The notes: a model not told the origin generated them from the sequence alone. A stretch of 63,933 nt of DNA, filler included, from Vicugna vicugna (GCA_013265495.1; 79 parts of 75 records of this genome joined end to end with filler, not necessarily neighbours in it), one strand, 5' to 3'. Positions 1 through 12,224 are shown, numbered from the whole stretch's first letter. Numbers and translations: made by a program.

Positions 1-608
1 TTCAGCTACAGTGGTTAGGCTGAAGGGACTCAATATAAAGGACACCCCACCTCCGCACTAGTTTCCAAACGCTGCCCCTCTATTTCCACACTCTGAGTTT
101 CTGGAACTCAGCTGGAAGAATACATGATCAGGCCAGACCCAGAGCCGAAGCCACACACGACAGGGGTCACGTGGGGCTGTAACCCCGTGCTCAGTGGTCG
201 GGGACTCCTTGCAAATCTGCAGAAATCCCTGTCCTGCTTCATTCCTGGGAGAAACCCCACATCTCCTCCTGCTCTGTCTATTCTTCTCTTGAGGCTATTG
301 TCCTGGAGGGATGCAGAGTCCTTGAACCTGGCCCTCCAAACGTACATAAGCAGCCTGTTCAATAAAACAAATTATGCACTTTTTCACATTTGCCAGTTTT
401 TTGATTCCAGAAAGGCTGTGGGACTCATTCTCACAGTCTCAATGACCCCACCAATTGGTGGCCCTCTGCTCATGGAAACACGATTTCCCACAACTGCACC
501 CTGCCTCCCAGCTGGTCAGAGGGGAGTGTCCCACAAAGACACAGGAGTTTGTGAGGATCCTTCCCCCAACAGAAAGCCTACTCCTGGAGCCACGGACAGG
601 GATCTGGT

Positions 609-708
609 NNNNNNNNNNNNNNNNNNNNNNNNNNNNNNNNNNNNNNNNNNNNTTAATTAATTAANNNNNNNNNNNNNNNNNNNNNNNNNNNNNNNNNNNN
701 NNNNNNNN
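609..708. other. Artificial scaffold-joining linker N44-TTAATTAATTAA-N44 (first of ~78 copies, last at 63138-63237)
   Basis: Identical palindromic 12-mer with stops in all six frames, always flanked by 44 N on each side (100 nt total), separating unrelated sequences. Confidence 0.98.
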
Positions 709-956
709 TTTTAAAAGCAGTTACTTTCTTCTAGTAAACATTTTTTTCAAATTATTTTTTTCTCCTGATTTCTGTCTCTTTCTAGACATTTGTCTATATC
801 TTCTAAGTTCCCCAGTTTATTCGAATCTAAGTGTTGACAAAATGATCCCTTTGTTGTATATCTGCGGTAACAATAGTTATTTCTCTTCTTTTATTTCTTA
901 CTTTATTTCTTTGGAGCATCTCTCTTTTCTTCATGATGCACCTGGCAAGAAGTTTT
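709..956 (-). mobile_element. Old LINE-1 ORF2 region fragment (antisense)
   Basis: T-rich strand with L1-like text (tctctcttttcttcatgatgcacctggcaagaagtttt); recognised by eye. Confidence 0.5.
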
Positions 957-1263
957 NNNNNNNNNNNNNNNNNNNNNNNNNNNNNNNNNNNNNNNNNNNN
1001 NNNNNNNNNNNNNNNNNNNNNNNNNNNNNNNNNNNNNNNNNNNNNNNNNNNNNNNNNNNNNNNNNNNNNNNNNNNNNNNNNNNNNNNNNNNNNNNNNNNN
1101 NNNNNNNNNNNNNNNNNNNNNNNNNNNNNNNNNNNNNNNNNNNNNNNNNNNNNNNNNNNNNNNNNNNNNNNNNNNNNNNNNNNNNNNNNNNNNNNNNNNN
1201 NNNNNNNNNNNNNNNNNNNNNNNNNNNNNNNNNNNNNNNNNNNNNNNNNNNNNNNNNNNNNNN

Positions 1264-1404
1264 CCTGTTTATCTACAATTTAGACCTCCCAGTCTATCTC
1301 TTCCCACCCCCGGCCCCCTTGGCTAGCAAAACCTTGTATTCTATATCTGTGAGTCTATATCTGTTTTGTATTTGTGCTTTTTTTGTTTTGTTTTTAGATT
1401 TCAC
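1264..1404 (-). mobile_element. LINE-1 3' UTR fragment, cetartiodactyl type
   Basis: tctgtgagtct...gttttgtttttagatttcac resembles the antisense 3' UTR of cetartiodactyl L1. Confidence 0.65.
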
Positions 1405-1504
1405 NNNNNNNNNNNNNNNNNNNNNNNNNNNNNNNNNNNNNNNNNNNNTTAATTAATTAANNNNNNNNNNNNNNNNNNNNNNNNNNNNNNNNNNNNNNNN
1501 NNNN

Positions 1505-2083
1505 TTACATGTATATTGGTGAGAATTCGCTCAAAGAGATTTTTCTGGTACCCAGTGTCCTATTTTAGGACTTGGTGATAGAAAAAACCTATGAAGTCAG
1601 AGTAAATATTTCTATGTGTATATATGCCTTTTATGGTGGATGAAAGATCAGTAATCCACATGCTCAGAAGTCAGAAACGCATGTTTGCCGAATCCGTCAT
1701 GCATGTAGCATGTACGGAACCCGGAATACCATGTTGATGGAATTCATGTAAATTACATATCTGTTAGGTGGAAATCGCTNNNNNNNNNNNNNNNNNNNNN
1801 NNNNNNNNNNNNNNTTTTCTGTGAGCAAGAATTAGACACTGGTGTTAGGGAAAAATTGTGAAAATGTGTACACGTGTCAAGATGAAAACAATTCTTTTAT
1901 AGAGAATGAAAGATCAGTAATCCACATGCTCTCAACTCAGGAATGCATGTTTCTCGAATCCGTCATGCATGAAACATGTTCGGAACGTGGAATAAAATGT
2001 AAATTGAATGTATTCAAATTATATATCACTAGTGTAGTATTCGCTCCAAGAGGGTTTTCTGGGATCAAATTGTGATTCTTGAA
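1505..2083 (+). repeat. Satellite family C (AT-rich, ~247 bp subunits, ~741 bp trimer)
   Basis: Recurring motifs gatgaaagatcagtaatccacatgctc and aaattacat; matches 40566-41399. Confidence 0.9.
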
Positions 2084-3075
2084 NNNNNNNNNNNNNNNNN
2101 NNNNNNNNNNNNNNNNNNNNNNNNNNNTTAATTAATTAANNNNNNNNNNNNNNNNNNNNNNNNNNNNNNNNNNNNNNNNNNNNTCTTTTAACGCTGACAC
2201 CACTCCATCTGTCACTATCTTTCCTCTTTCCTTTCATGGTCATGGTCCTCACGGTGCTATCCGTTCCCCCTTTCATCTCCTTATCCTGAACCTTCCTTCT
2301 CCTCCCTTCGCATGCTGGCTTCTGCCCCGTGGTCCCTCTAGTCACCAGCNNNNNNNNNNNNNNNNNNNNNNNNNNNNNNNNNNNNNNNNNNNNNNNNNNN
2401 NNNNNNNNNNNNNNNNNNNNNNNNNNNNNNNNNNNNNNNNNNNNNNNNNNNNNNNNNNNNNNNNNNNNNNNNNNNNNNNNNNNNNNNNNNNNNNNNNNNN
2501 NNNNNNNNNNNNNNNNNNNNNNNNNNNNNNNNNNNNNNNNNNNNNNNNNNNNNNNNNNNNNNNNNNNNNNNNNNNNNNNNNNNNNNNNNNNNNNNNNNNN
2601 NNNNNNNNNNNNNNNNNNNNNNNNNNNNNNNNNNNNNNNNNNNNNNNNNNNNNNNNNNNNNNNNNNNNNNNNNNNNNNNNNNNNNNNNNNNNNNNNNNNN
2701 NNNNNNNNNNNNNNNNNNNNNNNNNNNNNNNNNNNNNNNNNNNNNNNNNNNNNNNNNNNNNNNNNNNNNNNNNNNNNNNNNNNNNNNNNNNNNNNNNNNN
2801 NNNNNNNNNNNNNNNNNNNNNNNNNNNNNNNNNNNNNNNNNNNNNNNNNNNNNNNNNNNNNNNNNNNNNNNNGTTTGTATGGTCGAGCCTCAGCAGAAGC
2901 CACAGCAGGTGTGGATTCCTGTATCTCCATCTGTCATCTTCGTGTCTGAGTGCCAGGCTTCAGACCCGATCCCCTNNNNNNNNNNNNNNNNNNNNNNNNN
3001 NNNNNNNNNNNNNNNNNNNTTAATTAATTAANNNNNNNNNNNNNNNNNNNNNNNNNNNNNNNNNNNNNNNNNNNN

Positions 3076-3692
3076 AAGTCTGGCGAGGTACAGAAGGCTA
3101 CCAGCTAAATGTGTCTTCTTGAAAAGAGGGAGAATGACCAGCTCTTTTCTGTGGAGCCTGAGCCCACGGGTAGACGGTGAAGTGAGCTCTGTAAGTACCT
3201 AATTAGCAAAGTAAGTGATGGAAAAGACGTGAGCTTTGATGACAGAGATGATACTACTATTCACTTGTCCTGTAAAGTATGTCTTCACATTCAGTGATCA
3301 ATACCTCGGCGTCCTCAGGGATTGAGATTACAGGAAAATGCACAGCCCGGGCCCAGACCTCCTCTGTGATTGTGACACTGCACTTAGATGTCTCAAGGGC
3401 ACCTCCAACTCCACCTGCAAAGAGCTGACTTCACGGTTCTCCTCCCATAGCATAGCTGTCCTGCCCAGGGCCCCTGGTCGAGGGGCAAGATCTCCCTGCC
3501 TCTCCCAGCTCAGGCCCATCACTCACAGATGTGACAGGACTCGTCCTTCAGGGCCCAATTTCCTCAGTCACTGAGTCCCACCACCCTCACCTGTCCTACC
3601 AGGTACTCACAGGCACTCACTCAGCACTGACTGTGTGCTGGGACCACGCTGCACACTGTGCACACGTTATCTCACTGGATCCCCACAGCAGT
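3076..3692 (+). repeat. Multicopy duplicated segment, copy 1; contains an L2 remnant (~3380-3450) and a MIR remnant (~3615-3692)
   Basis: 3076-3250 aligns to 45678-45855; 3076-3460 aligns to the reverse complement of 31213-31610; acttagatgtctcaagggcacctccaactc is L2-like. Confidence 0.85.
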
Positions 3693-3792
3693 NNNNNNNN
3701 NNNNNNNNNNNNNNNNNNNNNNNNNNNNNNNNNNNNTTAATTAATTAANNNNNNNNNNNNNNNNNNNNNNNNNNNNNNNNNNNNNNNNNNNN

Positions 3793-4497
3793 ACCCAGGC
3801 GCTGCTGTCAGTTAGAGGAGCCTCCCCACACTCAGGAAGCCAGAACACGGTTTCGTGTGTGTGCTGGAGGTGGGGAAAGAGACTCCACGCATCTTTATGG
3901 GGGCACAGGTGTTCCCAGGTTGGGGATGTAGGATAAACGCCTCCACAGCCCATAAAATATCACTCGCTAATACTTGGCTTTACATCACAACCCCCACATT
4001 CGCTCAAAGCCCATCCAAGGAAATCAGTCAGGGATGTCAACCTTAGGGATGCTATTAAATCCCAGATGCTGCTGTCAGTTGGAGTTTTCTCCCCACGCTC
4101 AGGATACCAGAACAATTCTTCCTGTCTGTGCTCTAGGTTAGGAAACAGAGTCCACGCATTTTTCTGGGAGCACAGGTATTCCCAGGATGGGGGTTGTAGT
4201 TGAAAGACGTCCATATCCCATAGAGAGTCACTCACTAATACTTGGTTGAAGAGCCCAACGCCCACTCTATTCCTCAGTATGCTCTTGGCAAACCATCACG
4301 GAAGACAAGCTAAGGGATTCTATTAGAAACCAGGCGCTACTGTCTTTTGGAGTAGCCTCTCCATGCTCAGGATTCCAGAAAAATTTTATAGTGTGTGCTG
4401 TTGATGGAGAAACAGAGTCCACGCACTTTTCCTGGTGCAAAGGTATTCCTATGTTGGAGGATGTAGGTTAAACACCTCTACATCCCATGGATAGGCA
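3793..4497 (+). repeat. Satellite family B (diverged ~267 bp monomers)
   Basis: Motif cccag..gctgctgtcagtt recurs at 3794, 4061 and ~4329 (period 267-268). Confidence 0.9.
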
Positions 4498-4597
4498 NNN
4501 NNNNNNNNNNNNNNNNNNNNNNNNNNNNNNNNNNNNNNNNNTTAATTAATTAANNNNNNNNNNNNNNNNNNNNNNNNNNNNNNNNNNNNNNNNNNNN

Positions 4598-5302
4598 CTC
4601 TGTCCCTGGGATAACCTGCAAACTCCCCTAGCATTCCCTGGCTCAGGCACATTAGGAAAACCCTCAGGGGAGACAAGCTTAGGCATTCCGTTAGAACCCA
4701 CGCGCTGCCGACCGTTGGTGGAACCTCCCCACGCTCAGGATTCCGGAACCATTGTCAGTNNNNNNNNNNNNNNNNNNNNNNNNNNNNNNNNNNNNNNNNN
4801 NNNNNNNNNNNNNNNNNNNNNNNNNNNNNNNNNNNNNNNNNNNNNNNNNNNNNNNNNNNNNNNNNNNNNNNNNNNNNNNNNNNNNNNNNNNNNNNNNNNN
4901 NNNNNNNNNNNNNNNNNNNNNNNNNNNNNNNNNNNNNNNNNNNNNNNNNNNNNNNNNNNNNNNNNNNNNNNNNNNNNNNNNNNNNCTCCGCACGCATTCC
5001 GGAACCATGGTCAGTGCTTGGGTTAGCTCGAGAGACAACTCCATTCAGATCTCTTCAGTCACAGGTGTTCCCTGTTCGGGGAAGCCCGAGAAATACCTTC
5101 CCTGACCTTGGGAAGGCAGCCCCTGACACTGGGATATCCTGCAATCACCCCTAGCACTCCCTGGCACAGAGAAATTAGGAAAACACTCAGGGGAGACGAG
5201 CTTAGGCATTCCGTTAGAACCCACGTGCTGCCGACCGTTGGTGGAACCTCCCACGAACAGGATTCCGGAACCATTGTCAGTGAGTGGGGGAGTTCGAGAG
5301 AC
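4598..5302 (+). repeat. Satellite family A (266-267 bp, CpG-rich)
   Basis: Shared monomer text cattaggaaaaccctcaggggagacgagcttaggcattccgttagaaccc. Confidence 0.92.
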
Positions 5303-5402
5303 NNNNNNNNNNNNNNNNNNNNNNNNNNNNNNNNNNNNNNNNNNNNTTAATTAATTAANNNNNNNNNNNNNNNNNNNNNNNNNNNNNNNNNNNNNNNNNN
5401 NN

Positions 5403-6114
5403 CCGAGTTCGAGCTTGTACCTCCCCATATATATGTATGGAGTGGTGATTTCAACTGAAAAAATACTTTGTGTTCCCTTCAAGCTAGGTGAAGTACGGCT
5501 TTCACACACACTTATCTCTCAGAACTGAGCATGTGGAGAGACGTTCTTTCATCCAGCACAAAGGGAACGGTTGCAGGAGTAACCCTTACTCTGGTTTCTC
5601 AGTCTGTTTNNNNNNNNNNNNNNNNNNNNNNNNNNNNNNNNNNNNNNNNNNNNNNNNNNNNNNNNNNNNNNNNNNNNNNNNNNNNNNNNNNNNNNNNNNN
5701 NNNNNNNNNNNNNNNNNNNNNNNNNCTAGGTGAAGGACGGCTTTCACACACACTTATCTCTCAGAACTGAGCATGTGGAGAGACGTTCGTTCATCCAGCA
5801 CAAAGGGAACGGGTTGCAGGAGAAACACTTACGTTGGTTTCTCAGTCTGTTTCCTTGTGCCTGTTTGATGTGCCTGCCGTTTTGAACGTAAACCCGTGTT
5901 GGAGCTTGTACCACTCCATATATATGTATGGAGTGGAGTTTGCAACTGAAAAGAAACTTTGTGTTCCCTTCAAGCTAGGTGAAGGACTGCTTTCACACAC
6001 ACTTATCTCTCAGATCGGAGCATGTGGAGTGAAGTTCATTCATGCAGCACAATTGGAACGGGTTGCAGTAGAAACGCTTACTCTGGATTCTCAGTCTGTT
6101 TCCTAGTGCCGGTT
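5403..6114 (-). repeat. Satellite family D (249 bp monomer; strand given relative to family C)
   Basis: ctaggtgaag at 5726 and 5975 (period 249). Confidence 0.9.
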
Positions 6115-6804
6115 NNNNNNNNNNNNNNNNNNNNNNNNNNNNNNNNNNNNNNNNNNNNTTAATTAATTAANNNNNNNNNNNNNNNNNNNNNNNNNNNNNN
6201 NNNNNNNNNNNNNNGAATTTCTATAGAAAAATAACATGGAAATATTAAGGTCAATACTACGGAAGTGGAAAACTAAGAAACAACATTGTTTGACAAACTT
6301 CACAATGAATTGATAACTAGCTGAATGCAGATAAACACAGACACACAAACACACGCACGTGCAGTGGATGAGGGCTCATTTTGTCAGGAGACTATACTCC
6401 CAAAGAAGAGTAGGGGTGATATTTAAAAGTATTCTCTTAATGGAGGATGGTTATTAAAATACTAGTTTTGAAAGTTACTTTTTAAAAGTATTCTTTACCT
6501 ATACTGAATGTAGTAGCACTCTTAGTATTTGCATTGAACTCTAATAGTCTCTTAAACTGTGACTAAATAGACGGAGCCTACCTCATTACTGTAATACCTA
6601 AAGACTTAGTAGAGGAACACTAAGACTTAGCATTTTGTATCAGTGTTGTAGAGAAATGCGGTTTGTTTCCCAGGTGATTCTAGTCACAGTTTTGTCAACT
6701 GATGNNNNNNNNNNNNNNNNNNNNNNNNNNNNNNNNNNNNNNNNNNNNTTAATTAATTAANNNNNNNNNNNNNNNNNNNNNNNNNNNNNNNNNNNNNNNN
6801 NNNN

Positions 6805-7291
6805 GTATAAAGTTAGTGGGTTGCAGTACAAACTCTTACTCTGGTTTTACAGTATGCTCCCTAACGTCGGTTTGAATTTCATGCAGTATTCCCTGTAATA
6901 CCGTGTTGGAGCAAGAACGTCCCCATATATATGTATGTACAGTTTTCCAAATGAAAAGAAATTTTATGTTCTCAAGAAGATAGGTGAAAGACCACTTTTA
7001 TGCACACATAATTCACAAAATNNNNNNNNNNNNNNNNNNNNNNNNNNNNNNNNNNNNNNNNNNNNNNNNNNNNNNNNNNNNNNNNNNNNNNNNNNNNNNN
7101 NNNNTTTCGTAATGCTGGCTAGAAGTTCATGCAGTTTTCATTTTAAATTAAAGTTGGAGATAGCACCAACCCTTATAAAAGTATGTAGCATTTATTCAAA
7201 CAGAAAAGAAACTTACTGTTCCGAAAAAGAAACCTGAAAAACGGCATTCACACAAACACTTACCTATTAGAACTGAGATTGTGGACAGACA
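6805..7291 (-). repeat. Satellite family D, diverged copy
   Basis: cttactctggtttt, ccccatatatatgtatg and taggtgaa shared with 5403-6114. Confidence 0.75.
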
Positions 7292-7391
7292 NNNNNNNNN
7301 NNNNNNNNNNNNNNNNNNNNNNNNNNNNNNNNNNNTTAATTAATTAANNNNNNNNNNNNNNNNNNNNNNNNNNNNNNNNNNNNNNNNNNNN

Positions 7392-7886
7392 CTCCAGAAT
7401 TATTTTTCTGTGAAGAAATGCACGAACACGAACCTGGTGTTAGGAAAAGCTTCTGAAAATTTGTACACTGTCTAGATGAAAATATTCCTTTTATAGAGGA
7501 TGAAAGATTAGTAATCCACATGCTCTCAACTCAGGAATGCATGTTTGTCGAATCGGTCATGTATGAAGCATGTACGGAACACGGAATATCATGTAGATGG
7601 AATCTATTCAAATTTCATATCTCTAGAATTCGCTCCAAGAGGTTTTTTCAGGGATCAGACTGTGATTCTTTCAACTGGTGATAGGAAGAAGCTCGAAGTC
7701 AAAATAAATTCTTCAGAATGCATAGCTAACTTTTTTGGTGGTTAAAACAGCAGTCATACGCATGTTCACAAGTCAGAAATTCATGTTTGAGGTATCCGTG
7801 ATGCATGAATCATGTTCGGAATACGGAATGCCATGGTAAAATAAACAATGTAAATTACATGTGTATTTGTGAGAATTCGCTGAAAG
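7392..7886 (+). repeat. Satellite family C
   Basis: Aligns to 40790-41295. Confidence 0.9.
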
Positions 7887-7986
7887 NNNNNNNNNNNNNN
7901 NNNNNNNNNNNNNNNNNNNNNNNNNNNNNNTTAATTAATTAANNNNNNNNNNNNNNNNNNNNNNNNNNNNNNNNNNNNNNNNNNNN

Positions 7987-8055
7987 GACTGGAACATTGT
8001 GCTGTGCATCAGAAATTGACACATTGTAACTAACTATACTTCAATTAAAAATATA
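7987..8055 (+). mobile_element. LINE-1 extreme 3' end with A-rich tail
   Basis: tgctgtgcatcagaaattgacacattgtaactaactatacttcaattaaaaa resembles cetartiodactyl (camelid-like) L1 termini. Confidence 0.7.
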
Positions 8056-8708
8056 CATATAAATATAATGCCCATCAGCAGCATCTGAGTGTCACTGAAG
8101 GCAGAAACTCAGATGAATGGAGGCGGGGTGTTTGGAGGAGCTANNNNNNNNNNNNNNNNNNNNNNNNNNNNNNNNNNNNNNNNNNNNNNNNNNNNNNNNN
8201 NNNNNNNNNNNNNNNNNNNNNNNNNNNNNNNNNNNNNNNNNNNNNNNNNNNNNNNNNNNNNAGGTGTCTGGCGTTTCTCTGGATATCACTAGGCGCAGCC
8301 TGGAACTCAAAGGTAAAAATTAAAAACTGCAGTCAGGCAGTGAAGAGTCTGGCAGGACGCGTTGGACAAAAGTAGGTCAGAATCAACAAGGAATGGGGAG
8401 GGGCTAGAACGTGTGCTGAGGACTCTGACTACAGGGGTGGATTGTCTGTGTTGAGGACTCTGAGTCAGTATGAGTAGATGGATTGGTGTGGACTAAAATG
8501 GTGGCCATTTTTCAGACAAGTGCATGATTTGGACTATGTTTATTAGAGGAGGGTTTTTTTCCTCTTCAACACTGATCATTTCTAGGGAGCAGAAAAATAC
8601 TCTGCCACNNNNNNNNNNNNNNNNNNNNNNNNNNNNNNNNNNNNNNNNNNNNTTAATTAATTAANNNNNNNNNNNNNNNNNNNNNNNNNNNNNNNNNNNN
8701 NNNNNNNN

Positions 8709-9568
8709 TTTTCTAGTGCCAAATGTCCGATTTTAGAACCTGGTGATACAAAATCTTATGAAGTCCTGGTAAATATTTCAAAGTGTATATATACCTTGTT
8801 TGGTGGATGAAAGTTCACTAATCCACATGCTCACAACCTCGAAACTCATGTTTCTCAAATCCGTCATGCATGTATCATGTACGGAACCCGGAATGCCATG
8901 TTGATGGAATTCATGTAAATTATATATCTATTAGGTTGAATACACTCCAGAAGTATTCTTCTGTGAAAAATGCACGAATTCGAAACTTGTGTTAGGGAAA
9001 GNNNNNNNNNNNNNNNNNNNNNNNNNNNNNNNNNNNNNNNNNNNNNNNNNNNNNNNNNNNNNNNNNNNNNNNNNNNNNNNNNNNNNNNNNNNNNNNNNNN
9101 NNNNNNNNNNNNNNNNNNNNNNNNNNNNNNNNNNNNNNNNNNNNNNNNNNNNNNNNNNNNNNNNNNNNNNNNNNNNNNNNNNNNNNNNNNNNNNNNNNNN
9201 NNNNNNNNNNNNNNNNNNNNNNNNNNNNNNNNNNNNNNNNNNNNNNNNNNNNNNNNNNNNNNNNNNNNNNNNNNNNNNNNNNNNNNNNNNNNNNNNNNNN
9301 NNNNNNNNNNNNNNNNNNNNNNNNNNNNNNNNNNNNNNNNNNNNNNNNNNNNNNNNNNNNNNNNNNNNNNNNNNNNNNNNNNNNNNNNNNNNNNNNNNNN
9401 NNNNNNNNNNNNNNNNNNNNNNNNNNNNNNNNNNNNNNNNNNNNNNNNNNNNNNNNNNNNNNNNNNNNNNNNNNNNNNNNNNNNNNNNNNNNNNNNNNNN
9501 GTAAGAGTAAATATTTTTAAGTTTATATATGCCTTGTTTGGTGAATGAAAGGTCAGTAAACCACATGC
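8709..9568 (+). repeat. Satellite family C (gapped)
   Basis: gtgccaaatgtccgattttagaacctggtgata and following motifs. Confidence 0.9.
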
Positions 9569-9668
9569 NNNNNNNNNNNNNNNNNNNNNNNNNNNNNNNN
9601 NNNNNNNNNNNNTTAATTAATTAANNNNNNNNNNNNNNNNNNNNNNNNNNNNNNNNNNNNNNNNNNNN

Positions 9669-10493
9669 CACAGAGACATGAGGAAAACCCTCAGGGGAGA
9701 CGAGCACATGCATACCCTTAGAACCCAAGCGCTGCCGACCATTCGTGGAACCTCCCCACGCTCAGGATTCCGGAACCATATTCATTGAGTGGGGGAGCTC
9801 GAGAGACAGCTTCACGCAGCTCTCTTCAGTCACAGGTGTNNNNNNNNNNNNNNNNNNNNNNNNNNNNNNNNNNNNNNNNNNNNNNNNNNNNNNNNNNNNN
9901 NNNNNNNNNNNNNNNNNNNNNNNNNNNNNNNNNNNNNNNNNNNNNNNNNNNNNNTCAGGGGAGACGAGCACAGGCATTCCCATAGAACCCACACGCTGCC
10001 GACCTTTGGGGAATCTCCCCACGCTCAGGATTCCGGAACCAATGTCATTGAGTGGGGGAGCTCGAGAGAAAATTCCACGCAGCTCTGTTCATTCACAGTT
10101 GTTCCCTGTCAGGGGAAGTTCGAGAAATACCTTCCCTGACCTTGGGGAGGCAGCCTCTGTCACTGCGATTTCCTGCAAACACCCCTAGAATTCCATGGCA
10201 CAGAGACATTAGAAAAACCCTCAGGGGAGACGAGCTTAGGCATTCCGTTAGAACCCACGCGCTGCCGACCGTTGGTGGAACCTCCCCACGCTCAGGATTC
10301 CGGAACCAATGTCATTGAGTGGGGGAGCTCGAGAGACAACTCCACGCAGCTCTCTTCAGTCACAGGTGTTCCCTGTCCGGGGAAGTCGAAGAAATATCTT
10401 CCCTGACCTTGGAGAGGCAGCCTCGGTCACTGGGTTATCCTGCAATCACTCCTAGCTTTCCCTGGCACAGAGACATTAGAAAAACCCTCAGGG
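9669..10493 (+). repeat. Satellite family A
   Basis: Monomer repeats at 10052 and 10319 (period 267). Confidence 0.95.
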
Positions 10494-10593
10494 NNNNNNN
10501 NNNNNNNNNNNNNNNNNNNNNNNNNNNNNNNNNNNNNTTAATTAATTAANNNNNNNNNNNNNNNNNNNNNNNNNNNNNNNNNNNNNNNNNNNN

Positions 10594-11332
10594 CTCTCGA
10601 GCTCCCCCACACACTGACAATGTTTCCGGAATTCTGAGGGTGGGGAGGTTCCACGAACGATCGTCAGCTCGTGGGTTCTAACGGAAAGCCTAAGCTCGAC
10701 TCCCCTGAGTGTTTTCCTAATGTCTCTGTGCCAGGGAATGCTAGGGGGGTTTGCAGGATATCCCAGTGTCAGAGGCTGTTTCAACAATGTCAGGGAAGTT
10801 ATTTCCCGGACCTCCCCGAACAGGGAACACCTGTGACTGCAGAGAGCTGCGTGGAGTTGTCTCTCGAGCTCCCCCACGCACTGACAATGTTTCCGGAATC
10901 CTGAGCGTGGGGNNNNNNNNNNNNNNNNNNNNNNNNNNNNNNNNNNNNNNNNNNNNNNNNNNNNNNNNNNNNNNNNNNNNNNNNNNNNNNNNNNNNNNNN
11001 NNNNNNNNNNNNNNNNNNNNNNNNNNNNNNNNNNNNNNNNNNNNNNNNNNNNNNNNNNNNNNNNNNNNNNNNNNNNNNNNNNNNNNNNNNNNNNNNNNNN
11101 NNNNNNNNNNNNNNNNNNNNNNNNNNNNNNNNNNNNNNNNNNNNNNNNNNNNNNNNNNNNNNNNNNNNNNNNNNNNNNNNNNNNNNNNNNNNNNNNNNNN
11201 NNNNNNNNNNNNNNNNNNNNNNNNNTCGTCTCCCCTGTTTCCTAATGTCTCTGTGCCAGGGAATGCTAGGGGTGTTTGCAGGGAAAACCAGTGACAGAGG
11301 CTGATTCCCCAAGGTCAGGGAAGGTATTTCTC
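10594..11332 (-). repeat. Satellite family A (gapped)
   Basis: Reverse complement of the family A monomer. Confidence 0.92.
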
Positions 11333-11432
11333 NNNNNNNNNNNNNNNNNNNNNNNNNNNNNNNNNNNNNNNNNNNNTTAATTAATTAANNNNNNNNNNNN
11401 NNNNNNNNNNNNNNNNNNNNNNNNNNNNNNNN

Positions 11433-11828
11433 TGTAAATTACATATCTGTGAGGTGGAAATCGCTCCAAAACTTTTCCTCTGTGAGAAATGCACGAATTC
11501 GAACGTTGTGTTATGGAAAGCTAGTGAAAATGTGTAAACATGTCTAGCAGAAAATATTCCTTTTATAGAGGATGAAAGATTAATAATCCACATGCTCTCC
11601 ACTCAGGAATGTATGTTTGTCGAATCCGTCATGTATGTAGCATGTACGGAACACGGAATATCACATAGATTGAATCTATTCAAATTACATATCTCTAGGG
11701 AATAATACGGAATGGTTATGTAAACAATGTAAATTACATGTGTATTGGTGAGAATTCGCTCAAAGAGTGTTTTCTGGTGCCAGATGTCCGATTTTAGAAC
11801 CTGGTAATAAAAAAATCTATGCTATGAA
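11433..11828 (+). repeat. Satellite family C with an internal ~200 bp deletion
   Basis: Jumps from tctctagg to aatacggaatg at ~11700 relative to 41022-41230. Confidence 0.85.
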
Positions 11829-11928
11829 NNNNNNNNNNNNNNNNNNNNNNNNNNNNNNNNNNNNNNNNNNNNTTAATTAATTAANNNNNNNNNNNNNNNN
11901 NNNNNNNNNNNNNNNNNNNNNNNNNNNN

Positions 11929-12124
11929 TTAGTAATCCACATGCTCTCAACTCAGGAATGCATGATTGTCAAATCCGTCATGTATGTAGCATGTAAGGAA
12001 CACGGAATATCATTTAGATGGAATCTATTCAAATTACATATCTCTAGGGTAGGATTCGCTCCAAGAGTGTTTTTGTGAAATCAAAGTGTGATTCTTAAAA
12101 CTGGTGATAGGAATATGCTGCGAA
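11929..12124 (+). repeat. Satellite family C
   Basis: Aligns to 40910-41105. Confidence 0.88.
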
Positions 12125-12224
12125 NNNNNNNNNNNNNNNNNNNNNNNNNNNNNNNNNNNNNNNNNNNNTTAATTAATTAANNNNNNNNNNNNNNNNNNNN
12201 NNNNNNNNNNNNNNNNNNNNNNNN

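Noticed and set aside
108..660. ORFs in the first fragment
   Set aside because: No recognisable domain and no convincing paired splice sites.
10242..10260. CENP-B box in family A (attccgttagaaccc) or family D (ttcgttc...cggg)
   Set aside because: Neither fits the NTTCGNNNNANNCGGGN core spacing; the resemblance is superficial.
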